A stretch of 64,000 nucleotides of DNA from Patescibacteria group bacterium (GCA_041737355.1 JBGSRW010000008.1:24466-88465), one strand, 5' to 3'. Positions 6,490 through 16,700 are shown, counted from the first letter of the stretch. Translations and numbers: made by a program. The notes: generated from the sequence alone by a model not told the origin.

Positions 6490-8220
6490 ATGAAGTGGAA
6501 AGTCGCCGAACCGATCAGCGAAGAATTCAGAAATAAATTTCCGGAGATCGATCCGGTTATTTTGCAATTACTCGCTAACCGTGGGGTAAAAACCCAGGAA
6601 CAGATTGATGAATTTCTGTATCCAGATTACGGGCCTGATATTCACGATCCGTTTTTATTTTTGGATATGGAAAAAGCGGTCGAGCGGGTTTTCCGGGCGG
6701 TGGAGAAAGGAGAAAAAATTACGGTTCATGGCGATTACGACGCCGACGGAGTTTGCTCGGCATTGATCGTAGTCAGTACGCTCGAAGCCATGGGTGCTAA
6801 AGCCGAGGTTTATCTGCCGCACCGCGAACTCGAAGGGTATGGACTGAATATGCAAACAGTTGAAGAGTTGGGGAAAAGAGGGACAAATCTTATTATTACA
6901 ACCGACTGCGGCATCAGTAATCGGGAAGAGATAAAAAGAGCGGTTGAACTTGGAATGGAAGTAATTGTCACCGACCATCATGCCGAGCCGCTTAATTTGC
7001 CCGAGGCAGCTTTGGCAATTATCAATCCCCATTTGGCGCGAGAAAAGTATCCTTTTAAGGAATTGTCCGGGGCGGGAGTAGCTTTCAAATTCGTTCAGGG
7101 GATTTTACATAAAATAAAAACAACGGCGCCAAAAATAGAATTCAGGGAAGACCCGGAGGGATTTGAAAAATGGCTTCTGGATCTTACGGCTATTGCCACG
7201 ATTGCCGACATCATGCCCCTCTTGGGCGAGAACCGGACGATCGTAAAATACGGCTTGATTGTCCTGAACAAAACCAAACGGCTGGGATTGAAAAAAATGA
7301 TTGATTCGCTGGGCTTGAACAAGGCAAAATTGCTTGACGCAAGAAACGTATCTTTTCAGATTAGTCCGCGGCTGAACGCGGCCGGCCGGATCGACCACGC
7401 CAACCAGGCCTATGAACTTTTAAAAACATCGGACGGGAACGAAGTTGATAAATTGGTCGCGGCCCTGAATAAAACCAACGAAGACAGGCAAGCGCTTTCC
7501 GAGCGCGTAACGGCCGAAGCCAAGGAGAAAATAGGAGAAGAGGTTGGCGAAAGAAAAGTTTTGTTCGCCGTGGGTAAGGGTTGGCCGATAGGTATTGTCG
7601 GATTGGTAGCCGGGAAAATAGCCGATAATTTATGGCGGCCGACTTTTATTATGGCAGAAAAAGAGGGGAACATTATGGGGTCGGGAAGGAGTATTCCGGA
7701 ATTTGATATTATGGAAGGGCTCAGGGAGGCGAAAGAATTTTTGTCACATTACGGCGGACACGCCGGAGCCTGCGGATTTACCCTGAAAAATAAAAAAGAT
7801 CTGAAGAGGTTTGAAAAGACCCTGGAGAAATTTGCTGAAAAAAAATTAGCCGGCTCGGAACTTGTCCCAAGCCTGAATATTGACTCGGAAGTTAAACTGG
7901 AAAAAATAAATTGGGAGCTTTTCGAGCTCTTGGAAAAATTTTCACCATTCGGGAAGGGGAATGAGCGGCCGAGATATTTGGGGAGGGGTTTGACGGTCGA
8001 AAGCTTTGAAGGGGTGGGAAATAATGGAAATCATTTACGCATAAATTTGAGCCACGAAAACGGCCAAAAGAAAAAATTTATAGGTTTTTGTTTTGGAAGC
8101 TGGTGCGAGAAATTAAAAGCGGGAGATAAAATTGATGTAGTTTTTGAAATTGATGTTAATGAATGGAACGGGAACAGGGAACTGCAGATGAAAATTATTG
8201 ATTTAAAACATAGCGAATAA
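6490..8220 (+). CDS. recJ: single-stranded-DNA-specific exonuclease RecJ
   Basis: 576 aa with DHH-family motifs (HGDYDADGVCS, TTDCG, VTDHH) and a DHHA1-like GGHAGACG. Confidence 0.9.
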   Translation: MKWKVAEPISEEFRNKFPEIDPVILQLLANRGVKTQEQIDEFLYPDYGPDIHDPFLFLDMEKAVERVFRAVEKGEKITVHGDYDADGVCSALIVVSTLEAMGAKAEVYLPHRELEGYGLNMQTVEELGKRGTNLIITTDCGISNREEIKRAVELGMEVIVTDHHAEPLNLPEAALAIINPHLAREKYPFKELSGAGVAFKFVQGILHKIKTTAPKIEFREDPEGFEKWLLDLTAIATIADIMPLLGENRTIVKYGLIVLNKTKRLGLKKMIDSLGLNKAKLLDARNVSFQISPRLNAAGRIDHANQAYELLKTSDGNEVDKLVAALNKTNEDRQALSERVTAEAKEKIGEEVGERKVLFAVGKGWPIGIVGLVAGKIADNLWRPTFIMAEKEGNIMGSGRSIPEFDIMEGLREAKEFLSHYGGHAGACGFTLKNKKDLKRFEKTLEKFAEKKLAGSELVPSLNIDSEVKLEKINWELFELLEKFSPFGKGNERPRYLGRGLTVESFEGVGNNGNHLRINLSHENGQKKKFIGFCFGSWCEKLKAGDKIDVVFEIDVNEWNGNRELQMKIIDLKHSE

Positions 8221-8226
8221 TTTTTT

Positions 8227-8637
8227 ATGGCACATAACAAGGTGCAAATTTATACCGACGGCGGGGCGCGGGGTAACCCCGGGCCGGCCGGAATCGGTGT
8301 CGTAATCTGGGATGGCAATAATTTGGTTGGAAGATATAAAAAATATTTGGGTGTGGCAACCAACAATCAGGCCGAATATAAGGCGGTAATTTTGGCGCTC
8401 GAGGAGGCGAAAAAAATCGGCGTTTCGGAATTGGAATTTTTTCTGGATAGTGAACTTGTCGTGAAACAGTTACGCCAGGAATACAAAGTTAAAGACAAGG
8501 AATTGGCGCCACTTTTTGTCCAGGCCTGGAATTTGGGTTTTAGTTTCAAAAAAATCACTTATACACATATCCCGCGGGAAAAAAATAAAGACGCGGATAA
8601 GTTAGTGAATGAGGCGATTGACGGCGGGACGCAATAG
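8227..8637 (+). CDS. rnhA: ribonuclease HI
   Basis: 136 aa with YTDGGARGNPGPAGIGVV...NNQAEYKAVILALEEA...DSELVV..., the RNase H fold catalytic pattern. Confidence 0.85.
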   Translation: MAHNKVQIYTDGGARGNPGPAGIGVVIWDGNNLVGRYKKYLGVATNNQAEYKAVILALEEAKKIGVSELEFFLDSELVVKQLRQEYKVKDKELAPLFVQAWNLGFSFKKITYTHIPREKNKDADKLVNEAIDGGTQ

Positions 8638-8645
8638 TTTTTTTG

Positions 8646-8654
8646 TGCTATAAT
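8646..8654 (+). promoter_or_regulatory. extended -10 promoter (TGCTATAAT), likely giving a leaderless mRNA
   Basis: The 9-mer ends 6 nt before ATG 8661, so the expected transcription start coincides with the start codon. Confidence 0.5.
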
Positions 8655-8660
8655 ATAGCC

Positions 8661-10220
8661 ATGGAAAAGGCAAGAAAAATCCTTGGCAGCAAAATTTTTA
8701 AATTGGCGCTGATTTTATTTTTTGTATTTTTAATCGGCGCTTTTTTGTTAATTAGGGAAAAAGTAAATGAAGTCAGGGCCGGAGAAGACGATAATGTCGG
8801 AGGATGGGCATGGTCGGAAAATTTCGGCTGGTTTTCGGGAAATTGTTCAAATTTGGGATTGTGTCCGGACGATCCGCCACCGCCCTACAATTACGGATTA
8901 AACGTGGACAGCAGCGGAAATGTCACCGGATACCTTTGGTCGGAACATCTGGGATGGGTTCAGTTTGGCGGACTTTCGGGTATGCCCTCTCCTGGGCAGG
9001 CGTTGTTTGACAACGGGAGCGACCGGGTTTCCGGCTGGGCCAAGATTTTAGCTTTGGGTGACGACGGTTGGCTGAAACTCCGGGGTAATATAGCTGCCGC
9101 GGGAGGCGGCCCCTTAAGGCAATGCCTTGATTGCGACGACGTTCTGGACGGGGAAGGGAACCCGATAGATGTCGCTTGCCGGATTTGTTTCAAATCGGAA
9201 AATTACGGAGGGAGCGGAAACATTTGCAATAATTGTTCCGGGTGCGTCCGCGGAGCGGAGACTCAGTGCGGAAATTGTACCGATTGCAGCGTTTACGGGG
9301 TAGCTATTGACCGGCAGACCGGGAAAATGGTCGGATGGGCTTGGAATGGAAATTCTGATCCGGCCGCGGCCGTCGGAGCGGGGTGGGTAAATTTTTCTCC
9401 GACCGCCGGAGGGCTGGGTTTGGCCGCGCCATGGCTTGAAACGATATACGGAGAAATTTACGGTAAGCCATTCGTCCGGTCGCCCTCTGCGTTCGTGGAA
9501 GTACTCGGAAAATACAACGCGACTTACTGCGTCCTCACTACCAGACAGATAACCCATTTCACTAGTAAAGAAGGATGTCTTATCACGCCTTTTGAAAGTT
9601 TTGATTTTCCAAAAACAAGCAATCTTTACACCAATGTTTTCGGAAAAATTGATTTAGCCGGGATTTTAGCCGAAAAATATGGGACGGTGCAGAATATAAA
9701 CGACGAGTCGGGCATCCAGGATGTTTTAGCCGGAAAAGTTTATTTTCGCGACGGGGACTTAACAATTACCGGAAAAACTTTCAACAACGGAACTGGCGGC
9801 CAAAACGGCGCGGGTTTGATTGTGGTTAAGGGAAATTTGAATATTAACGGAGCTATCGCTTACCAAAATGCCGGAGTAACAAATTTGAAAAATTTGGCCT
9901 CGGTGGGATGGCTTGTCGTAAAACGCGATGACGGAACCGGTGGAAATATTATTATAAATCAGAACGTGGAAAATATGATCGGGGCATTTTACGCGGAAAA
10001 TGAGGTGACGACCGGAACCTCTGGCGACTGGCGGACCGATAAAGCATTAACGGTTCGTGGTTTGATTTTGGCCCATAAATTCAATTTTCAGCGTCTTTGG
10101 CAATCGGCAGCCCGCGGTTCGGAACAGATTGTATACGACGGACGGGTCTTGGCCAATACGCCTCCAGGGATGACGGATCTGATAAGAGCCTTACCGACTT
10201 GGCGGGAAGCGGCGCCATAA
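8661..10220 (+). CDS. secreted or surface protein with GW-type repeats and a Cys-rich segment
   Basis: It has an N-terminal TM/signal anchor (IFKLALILFFVFLIGAFLLI). The motif G[WY]xWS..xGW..F recurs several times. A cluster of more than 10 Cys follows (CLDCDD...CRIC...CNNCSGC...CGNCTDC). I chose ATG 8661 rather than the TTG at 8643. Confidence 0.7.
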   Translation: MEKARKILGSKIFKLALILFFVFLIGAFLLIREKVNEVRAGEDDNVGGWAWSENFGWFSGNCSNLGLCPDDPPPPYNYGLNVDSSGNVTGYLWSEHLGWVQFGGLSGMPSPGQALFDNGSDRVSGWAKILALGDDGWLKLRGNIAAAGGGPLRQCLDCDDVLDGEGNPIDVACRICFKSENYGGSGNICNNCSGCVRGAETQCGNCTDCSVYGVAIDRQTGKMVGWAWNGNSDPAAAVGAGWVNFSPTAGGLGLAAPWLETIYGEIYGKPFVRSPSAFVEVLGKYNATYCVLTTRQITHFTSKEGCLITPFESFDFPKTSNLYTNVFGKIDLAGILAEKYGTVQNINDESGIQDVLAGKVYFRDGDLTITGKTFNNGTGGQNGAGLIVVKGNLNINGAIAYQNAGVTNLKNLASVGWLVVKRDDGTGGNIIINQNVENMIGAFYAENEVTTGTSGDWRTDKALTVRGLILAHKFNFQRLWQSAARGSEQIVYDGRVLANTPPGMTDLIRALPTWREAAP

Positions 10221-10272
10221 AAAGTTCTGGGGATATTAATGCTTGCCAGAGTTGGTGGGCGGTCGGTTTTTG

Positions 10273-10281
10273 TGGTATAAT
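10273..10281 (+). promoter_or_regulatory. extended -10 promoter (TGGTATAAT) of the pilus operon
   Basis: TGGTATAAT lies 34 nt upstream of the pilM ATG. Confidence 0.5.
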
Positions 10282-10314
10282 ATTAAAAGTAAATTATCAA
10301 TAGTTAATCGATAT

Positions 10315-11400
10315 ATGCAAAAAAGTTATTTAGGCGTTGACCTCGGGGCAACCAGTATCAAAATCGTCGAATTGAAGGAAGAGGCCGGTCGGCCCAGGCT
10401 TCTTACTTACGGTTATACCGAACAGGCCGCCGGTTATCCGGAAAAAGAATTTACCGATACCCCAGAGAGATCAATCGATCTTATCAAACAGGTTTGCGTC
10501 AAAGCCAGAACCGTCTCGAAGCAAGCGGTTGCCGCACTTCCCTCCGCGTCCGTTTTCAGTTCGGTCATAAATATTCCGGCCGCGCCAGGCAAGGATTTGG
10601 CCGCCGCCGTGCAATGGGAGGCCAAAAAAATTATCCCACTGCCTCTTGAGGAAATGATTTTGGATTGGAAAATTTTAACTCCGGAAGGGGAGACGGCCGG
10701 GACCGCAGCGCCCGCTCCGGTAATACCTACGGTTCAGGCGTCCGCTCCGAAAACAACGCAAGTTTTGCTGACCGCCGCTGCAAAAACAATGGTCAAAAAG
10801 TATTTGGATATTTTTAAAGGTGCCGGGTTGAGCCTTGTCAGTCTTGAAACGGAAACGTTCGCCCTGATCAGATCTCTCGTCGGGATCGACAAGTCCACCG
10901 CGATTCTCGTGGATATGGGGGCGGCGAGTACGACTATTTCAATCGTTGAGAGCGGAATTCCATTTTTGAACCGTTCTTTGAATATCGGCGGACTGACAAT
11001 AACAAAAGAAATAGCGGCAAGTTTGGGTATCGATTTGAATCAGGCTGAACAGATGAAGTACGACGTCGGGATGGCGGGAGCGGGAACGGGCGGAGGAGGC
11101 GTACCAAAAATTATCGAGCGCGCCCTTTCGATGCTTTTGAACGAAATAAAATACTGTACCAATATTTATCAAAGCCAGGACAATACCAGGGGGCGCCGGA
11201 TAGAAAAAATCGTTTTGACCGGAGGAGCCGCCCTTTTGCCCGGTTTTCCGGACTATCTAGCCGGGGCGTTGAATACAAGAGTTTTTATAGGCAATCCCTG
11301 GGCAAGGGTTATTTACCCCGAGGAACTGAGACCAATTTTGGACCAGATCGGTCCTAAATTTTCCGTCGCAATCGGTTTGGCGATGAGGGAAATAGAGTAG
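10315..11400 (+). CDS. pilM: type IV pilus assembly ATPase-fold protein PilM
   Basis: Actin-like fold signature (YLGVDLGATSIKIVEL ... VLTGGAALLPG). It is the first gene of the pilMNO-BC order. The start is taken at MQKSYLG. Confidence 0.8.
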   Translation: MQKSYLGVDLGATSIKIVELKEEAGRPRLLTYGYTEQAAGYPEKEFTDTPERSIDLIKQVCVKARTVSKQAVAALPSASVFSSVINIPAAPGKDLAAAVQWEAKKIIPLPLEEMILDWKILTPEGETAGTAAPAPVIPTVQASAPKTTQVLLTAAAKTMVKKYLDIFKGAGLSLVSLETETFALIRSLVGIDKSTAILVDMGAASTTISIVESGIPFLNRSLNIGGLTITKEIAASLGIDLNQAEQMKYDVGMAGAGTGGGGVPKIIERALSMLLNEIKYCTNIYQSQDNTRGRRIEKIVLTGGAALLPGFPDYLAGALNTRVFIGNPWARVIYPEELRPILDQIGPKFSVAIGLAMREIE

Positions 11401-11435
11401 CCGATAATTCGAGGAAAATTAAAATTTTCGTTTTT

Positions 11436-12416
11436 ATGCCGAACGGCAATAAAAATAACGGAAAGAAGGAGATTGAATTGCTCCCGGCAGAATTCAGGAG
11501 GCCAGAAGAAAAAAAGAGACGGGAGGAAAGGCCGGAAGTGAAATTATTTATTCCTCCGGCGGAAGCTAAATCTCAAAGGGAAACCTTTACGGGGAGGTTT
11601 TTTGGTACAAGAGAAACGCCGAAGCCGGTTGAAAATAAAAATGTTCGTGAAGAAACGGATATGTCGGTCTTCAAAATGCAAAAAGAGCCGAGAAAACCCC
11701 TCCAGCCCCCACCGCCTCCGCCGCCGCCACGTTCGGTTCCGCCTCCGGTCGCTTTGCGCCAAGCTCCTCAGATAAAAAAAGAACCTCTCCCGCCGCCAAA
11801 ATTACCGCCGCAATCAGCCGGAAAAGGTATTGTTTCGTCTAAAAACAGAATGGGAGGGATTACCCTGATTCCCGAAGAAAAAACATCTCCCAAGGAAGCG
11901 GCGAGACCCAAGCAAAAAGTTATTCTTGCGGTAATGGTGATTATTTTGGTCGCCATTTTAGGCGGAGTTTTTGGAATATTGGCGTGGTATTCGGGAGCGG
12001 CAAAAAATGAGTTAGCAAAGATAGAAAAAGATGTCGCCGCGGTAGAACAACAAATCAAAAATTTGGATGAAGCCAAAAATCGCGCCCAGACATTACAAAA
12101 GCAATTTCAAATTGCCGAGAAACTTTTGAATAGCCATGTTTACTGGACCGGGGTTTATTCTTTTCTTGAAAAAAATACCATCCCGGAAGTCTATTTTAAA
12201 AATTTTGTCGGCGGAAGCGACGGGCAGATCAGTATGTCTGGGGTAGCGAAAAGTTACAAGGCGGTTGCCGGCCAGATAGTTTCTTTGCGCGAAGCGGAAA
12301 AAGTGGAAAAAGTTTCCATTACTAGCGCGTCGGCAAGTGTTTCTCCGACAGGGGAGACAGCCGAAGTAAATTTTGACGTCAAATTAAAATTAAATCCGGA
12401 GATATTTTTAAAATAA
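11436..12416 (+). CDS. pilN: PilN-like bitopic pilus assembly protein with a Pro/Lys-rich cytoplasmic region
   Basis: One TM segment (VILAVMVIILVAILGGVFGILAWY) is followed by a coiled-coil. The call rests mainly on its position between pilM and pilO. Confidence 0.55.
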   Translation: MPNGNKNNGKKEIELLPAEFRRPEEKKRREERPEVKLFIPPAEAKSQRETFTGRFFGTRETPKPVENKNVREETDMSVFKMQKEPRKPLQPPPPPPPPRSVPPPVALRQAPQIKKEPLPPPKLPPQSAGKGIVSSKNRMGGITLIPEEKTSPKEAARPKQKVILAVMVIILVAILGGVFGILAWYSGAAKNELAKIEKDVAAVEQQIKNLDEAKNRAQTLQKQFQIAEKLLNSHVYWTGVYSFLEKNTIPEVYFKNFVGGSDGQISMSGVAKSYKAVAGQIVSLREAEKVEKVSITSASASVSPTGETAEVNFDVKLKLNPEIFLK

Positions 12417-12419
12417 AAT

Positions 12420-13004
12420 ATGGCCGAAAAATCGGAAGTAAAAAAAGAAGAAAAATCCAAGGAAAAAACCTCCATCGTTCTTTTTATTTTTTTGGCAGTG
12501 GCGGTTTTCGCAGCTCTTTCATATTTTTTGGTTTGGCCTCAATACGAAAAATTTTCCCAGACTAAAAATAAAATTACGGCGGAAAAGGCTCGGCTTGATG
12601 ACCAAAAAGCAACGCTGGCAAATATAAATAAAATGATTGCCAATTACGAGGCGATCGGTCAGGCGAACCGGGAGAAACTGGCCTCGATGCTGCCGGAAAC
12701 GACAGACGAGCCGGGATTGTTTGTTCTTTTCGAAGCACTGGCAATAAAAAATAAAATGGCGCTTTTGGCCTTGGATATAAGCGAGAAGGACGTTTCGGCT
12801 GATTTAAAAAACTTAGGGGTGAAAGAGGTTAACATCGCCGCCAATCTGACGGGGGGAGGTTACGCCGACTTTAAAAATTTGCTTGCGGATTTGGAAACAA
12901 ATTTAAGGCTTATGGATATTACGGCAATAAATTATACCCCAGACCCTTCTTCGCTGACGCTCAACGTAAAAACTTACCGTCTGAATAATTCTCCGGCTAA
13001 ATAG
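12420..13004 (+). CDS. pilO: type IV pilus assembly protein PilO
   Basis: 194 aa with an N-terminal TM, a coiled-coil, then an alpha/beta domain. Position in the operon supports the call. Confidence 0.6.
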   Translation: MAEKSEVKKEEKSKEKTSIVLFIFLAVAVFAALSYFLVWPQYEKFSQTKNKITAEKARLDDQKATLANINKMIANYEAIGQANREKLASMLPETTDEPGLFVLFEALAIKNKMALLALDISEKDVSADLKNLGVKEVNIAANLTGGGYADFKNLLADLETNLRLMDITAINYTPDPSSLTLNVKTYRLNNSPAK

Positions 13005-13019
13005 ATTTAAGAGGCACAT

Positions 13020-13262
13020 ATGAATAAAAAAATTATTTATTTAGCGGGCTTAGCGTTAATTTTAGGAATTGGCGGCTATTTTTTATATAGCTTGCTTCTT
13101 CCGGGCGGAGATATTCCGGCGACCGGAACGGCTAAAAATTTTGAATTCAAGTTTAAAACAAAGATTTTTTCTGATCAGAAATTTTCTGATCTAAAAAATA
13201 ATATAAATTTACCGGTAAAAGCCGGCGAAAAAGGGAAGACTAACCCGTTCATGAAATTTTAG
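13020..13262 (+). CDS. small membrane-anchored protein of the pilus operon
   Basis: 80 aa with an N-terminal hydrophobic anchor, located between pilO and pilB. Confidence 0.5.
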   Translation: MNKKIIYLAGLALILGIGGYFLYSLLLPGGDIPATGTAKNFEFKFKTKIFSDQKFSDLKNNINLPVKAGEKGKTNPFMKF

Positions 13263-13265
13263 TGT

Positions 13266-14999
13266 ATGGCAAGTCCGTTGCTCAATCTTCTGGTGGAAGA
13301 AAAATTTATAGAGAAGGACACGGCGCAGGCAATTGTTGAAGAGAGCCAGAAAACCGGAAAAAGCGTAGAATCAATCATCGAAGAATCCGGCGCCGTTGAA
13401 GAGGAAAAATTGGCCGAAACAAGGGGCCGGATTTTTAATTTGCCATACGCAAATCTTGTCGGCCGGGAAATAAAATTCGAAGACCTGAATATAATCCCGA
13501 AGGACGTAGCGGAAAATAACCAAGTAATATCTTTTGAACAAATCGACGGGGAAGTCAGTGTCGGCATAGTTGATCCTAAAAATATCTCCGCCATGGAGGC
13601 CTTGCAGTTTTTGGCCAAGGAAAAAAATTTTTCTATAAAATATTTCGCGATATCCCACACAAGTTTCAAGGATGCCGCCAAAAAATATGAAATTTTGAAA
13701 AAAGAGGTTGAAAAAGTTTTGGAAATTGCTAAAGAAAGATTTACGTCGGAGGAAAAGGCTATCGAAGAGGTTCCTTTGGGGCAGATTGAGGAAGTGATCA
13801 AAAAGGCGCCCGTTTCCAAGATGGTCGCGATGATAATGAAGTATGCTGTTGACAATAAGGCGTCGGATATTCACATAGAGCCGGGTTTTAAGGAATCCAG
13901 GGTTCGCTACAGGGTTGATGGTGTTTTGAAAGGGAGATTGGCTCTTCCGGCTTACATTCATGCCGCGGTTGTTGCGAGAATTAAAGTTTTGGCAAATTTG
14001 AAACTGGACGAAACAAGAATTCCCCAAGACGGGAGAATTCGTCAGGCAATCGGAGGGAGGAATGTCGATTTTCGTATTTCAACTCTTCCGTTGATGGATC
14101 AGGAAAAAGTCGTAATGAGGGTGCTCGAAACGGCAAGCCGGGCCGCTTCGCTCGAGAATCTCGGTTTCCGCGGTCGGGCGGTCGAAGTTATTTCGAGAGA
14201 GATAAAAAAACCGCACGGTCTATTGCTTGTGACCGGTCCGACCGGGTCGGGGAAGTCGACAACTCTTTATACGGCCTTAAGCATGGTTAACCGTGAGGGA
14301 ATAAATATAGTAACACTTGAAGATCCTATTGAATATTATATCGAGGGGGTCAACCAATCTCAGATAAGGCCGGAAATCGGTTTTACTTTCGCGGCCGGAC
14401 TCAGGGCGCTTTTGCGCCAGGATCCGAATATTATCATGGTCGGAGAAATCCGCGACAGTGAAACGGCTGAACTCGCGATTCACGCGGCATTAACAGGACA
14501 TTTAATTTTTTCGACTTTGCACACCAACGACGCGGCCGGAGCAATTCCCCGCCTGATTGATATGAAAGTAGAACCATTTTTGCTTTCCTCGACGCTCAAT
14601 GCCATTGTAGCCCAGCGTTTGGTAAGAAAAATTTGCCCTTACTGCAAAGAACAAATCGATGCGCCGGAGGAAGTCGTAGCTGATTTCAGGAAAGAATTGG
14701 TTACTGTGCCAAAAAGATTCGTGCCCAAGGATATAGACATAAGCAAAAAGATTTCTTTATGGCATGGAGTCGGCTGCGCCCGTTGCGGAAACGAGGGATA
14801 CAGCGGACGGGTTGTTATTTCCGAAGTTATTGAAGCAACCGAAAATTTGAGGCAAATCATCGCCACGGGTTTTAATATAAAAAGTCTTAATGAGGAAATG
14901 GAGCGGCAGGGAGTTATTTCCATGAAGCAGGACGGATATCTGAAAGTTCTCGAGGGTTTGACGACAATTGAAGAAGTGATGAGGGCAACCCAGGAATAG
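13266..14999 (+). CDS. pilB: type IV pilus assembly ATPase PilB (GspE family)
   Basis: 577 aa with Walker A (GPTGSGKST), Walker B plus Asp box (IIMVGEIRD), a His box (TGHLIFSTLHTN) and a tetracysteine motif (CPYC...CARC). Confidence 0.9.
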   Translation: MASPLLNLLVEEKFIEKDTAQAIVEESQKTGKSVESIIEESGAVEEEKLAETRGRIFNLPYANLVGREIKFEDLNIIPKDVAENNQVISFEQIDGEVSVGIVDPKNISAMEALQFLAKEKNFSIKYFAISHTSFKDAAKKYEILKKEVEKVLEIAKERFTSEEKAIEEVPLGQIEEVIKKAPVSKMVAMIMKYAVDNKASDIHIEPGFKESRVRYRVDGVLKGRLALPAYIHAAVVARIKVLANLKLDETRIPQDGRIRQAIGGRNVDFRISTLPLMDQEKVVMRVLETASRAASLENLGFRGRAVEVISREIKKPHGLLLVTGPTGSGKSTTLYTALSMVNREGINIVTLEDPIEYYIEGVNQSQIRPEIGFTFAAGLRALLRQDPNIIMVGEIRDSETAELAIHAALTGHLIFSTLHTNDAAGAIPRLIDMKVEPFLLSSTLNAIVAQRLVRKICPYCKEQIDAPEEVVADFRKELVTVPKRFVPKDIDISKKISLWHGVGCARCGNEGYSGRVVISEVIEATENLRQIIATGFNIKSLNEEMERQGVISMKQDGYLKVLEGLTTIEEVMRATQE

Positions 15000-15023
15000 T
15001 TTCCGGAAATTGGCGAAATTTTT

Positions 15024-16109
15024 ATGGCGATAGACATAAATTTGGACAAATATTTGGCGAAAATCCCTTTTTTTAACAGGATTCCGCCGAAAGATTTGGT
15101 TATTTTTTCTCGGCAGTTATCTGTTATGATTTCTGCCGATGTTCCGATTGTTCAGGCCCTCAAGGTTCTTGTCCGCCAAACGGCAAATAATAATTTGAAA
15201 ACGGTAGTGGCTAATCTTGCTGCGGACGTCGAGGGGGGCACAAAATTTTCCGCGGCACTTTCGCGTTATCCCGATACTTTCAGCGATTTTTTCATAAACA
15301 TCGTCCGTTCCGGGGAAACGACGGGAAAACTTGATGAAGTTTTGGACTATTTGGCTACCCAACAGGAAAGAGATTACGATTTATCAAGCAAAATAAAAGG
15401 CGCCATGATTTATCCGGCGTTTATTTTATTTGGGCTTATTGCCGTCGGGACGGTGATGATGATTTTTGTTATCCCTAAATTAACCGATATTTTAAAGGAA
15501 ACGGGAGCGACATTGCCTCTCTCGACGAGAATTTTGATTGGAACTTCCGATATTATGAAAAATTACTGGTGGGCGCTTCTGATCGGTTTGGTAGCTTTTG
15601 TCGGCGGATTAAGATATCTAATTGCCCTGCCCTTGGGCAGGAAATATTGGGACACCATGAAATTAAAGCTTCCGATTTTCGGCCAGCTTTTTAAGAGAAT
15701 TTACATGGTCCGTTTTACGCGCGGACTTTCAACCCTCTTGACCGGAGGGGTGGAAATTGTCGGCAGTTTGAAAATAGCCGGAGCAATTGTTGGCAATGCT
15801 GTTTACCAAGATTTGATTTTACAGACTGTCCGCGAGGTGGAAGACGGCAATCCGATAACTACAGTTTTTGCAAAAAGCAAAGAAATTCCCGTGATGGTAA
15901 CCCAAATGCTCGGCATCGGCGAGCAGACAGGCAAAATCGACGCTATTTTGGCCCGCCTGACGGATTTTTACACCCGCGAAATAGAAAACATGGTCAGAAA
16001 TTTAACGACGATCATGGAACCGCTGATCATGCTTTTCATGGGCGTGGCGGTCGGCATCATGGTTGCGGCGATTATTTTGCCGATGTACAATCTGGCATCG
16101 CAATTTTAG
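15024..16109 (+). CDS. pilC: type IV pilus platform protein PilC (GspF family)
   Basis: 361 aa with a duplicated T2SS-F domain pattern and three TM segments. Confidence 0.85.
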   Translation: MAIDINLDKYLAKIPFFNRIPPKDLVIFSRQLSVMISADVPIVQALKVLVRQTANNNLKTVVANLAADVEGGTKFSAALSRYPDTFSDFFINIVRSGETTGKLDEVLDYLATQQERDYDLSSKIKGAMIYPAFILFGLIAVGTVMMIFVIPKLTDILKETGATLPLSTRILIGTSDIMKNYWWALLIGLVAFVGGLRYLIALPLGRKYWDTMKLKLPIFGQLFKRIYMVRFTRGLSTLLTGGVEIVGSLKIAGAIVGNAVYQDLILQTVREVEDGNPITTVFAKSKEIPVMVTQMLGIGEQTGKIDAILARLTDFYTREIENMVRNLTTIMEPLIMLFMGVAVGIMVAAIILPMYNLASQF

Positions 16110-16112
16110 ACG

Positions 16113-16121
16113 TGCTATAAT
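16113..16121 (+). promoter_or_regulatory. extended -10 promoter (TGCTATAAT) upstream of the major pilin
   Basis: An exact 9-mer 84 nt upstream of ATG 16205. Confidence 0.5.
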
Positions 16122-16204
16122 TTATAAATGTGGATAATTGAATATTTAAATCCTATGCTCGTGACTTAGAAGCTTAAAGCCGCGAGCCGAAAGGAGGTGA
16201 AAGA

Positions 16205-16648
16205 ATGTTTAAAAATAAAAAAGGTTTCACTTTGATCGAATTGTTGGTGGTTATCGCCATCATCGGTCTTCTCTCGACTTTGGCGGTCGTTGCCTTGAGC
16301 AGCGCCAGAACCAAAGCCAGAGACGCGAAAAGAACTGCCGACATGAAGCAGGTTCAGACAGCCATGGAGCTCTATTATAATACTAATAGCGCTTATCCTT
16401 CATGCGCCGCCGGTACATTGGTTTCGGCTTGCGCCGCCTTAGCACCTGATTACTTGCCGGGCGTTTTGACCCTGAAAGATCCGGGTGGAGTTGCCGGTGC
16501 TTGCGCCGATCCGGCAGCAGCGAAATGTAACTACGCCTTTGGTACTGCCGCAGCGAACGAAGGCTATAGAATTACTTTCTGGCTTGAAGGAGCGACCGGA
16601 GATTTGGCTGCCGGAGCCCACAGAGTTACGGCTATGGGAATCCAGTAA
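16205..16648 (+). CDS. pilA: type IV pilin, paralog 1
   Basis: Class III signal peptide KKG|FTLIELLVVIAIIGLL with Glu at +5. SD is AAGGAGGTG. Confidence 0.9.
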   Translation: MFKNKKGFTLIELLVVIAIIGLLSTLAVVALSSARTKARDAKRTADMKQVQTAMELYYNTNSAYPSCAAGTLVSACAALAPDYLPGVLTLKDPGGVAGACADPAAAKCNYAFGTAAANEGYRITFWLEGATGDLAAGAHRVTAMGIQ

Positions 16649-16671
16649 ATTTTGTCTCGAAATTTCGAGAA

Positions 16672-16700
16672 AAACTCCCCGCGAGGGGAGTTTTTGTTTT
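16672..16700 (+). terminator. intrinsic terminator after pilin 1
   Basis: AAACTCCCC, loop GCGA, GGGGAGTTT, then TTGTTTT. Confidence 0.8.

Noticed and set aside
13259-14027. Minus-strand ORFs of 198 aa and 218 aa antisense to pilB, and similar antisense ORFs inside lepA, recJ, ligA, lysS and the helicase.
   Set aside because: They lie entirely within confidently identified conserved genes on the other strand. They have no start signals and their composition is typical of antisense frames.
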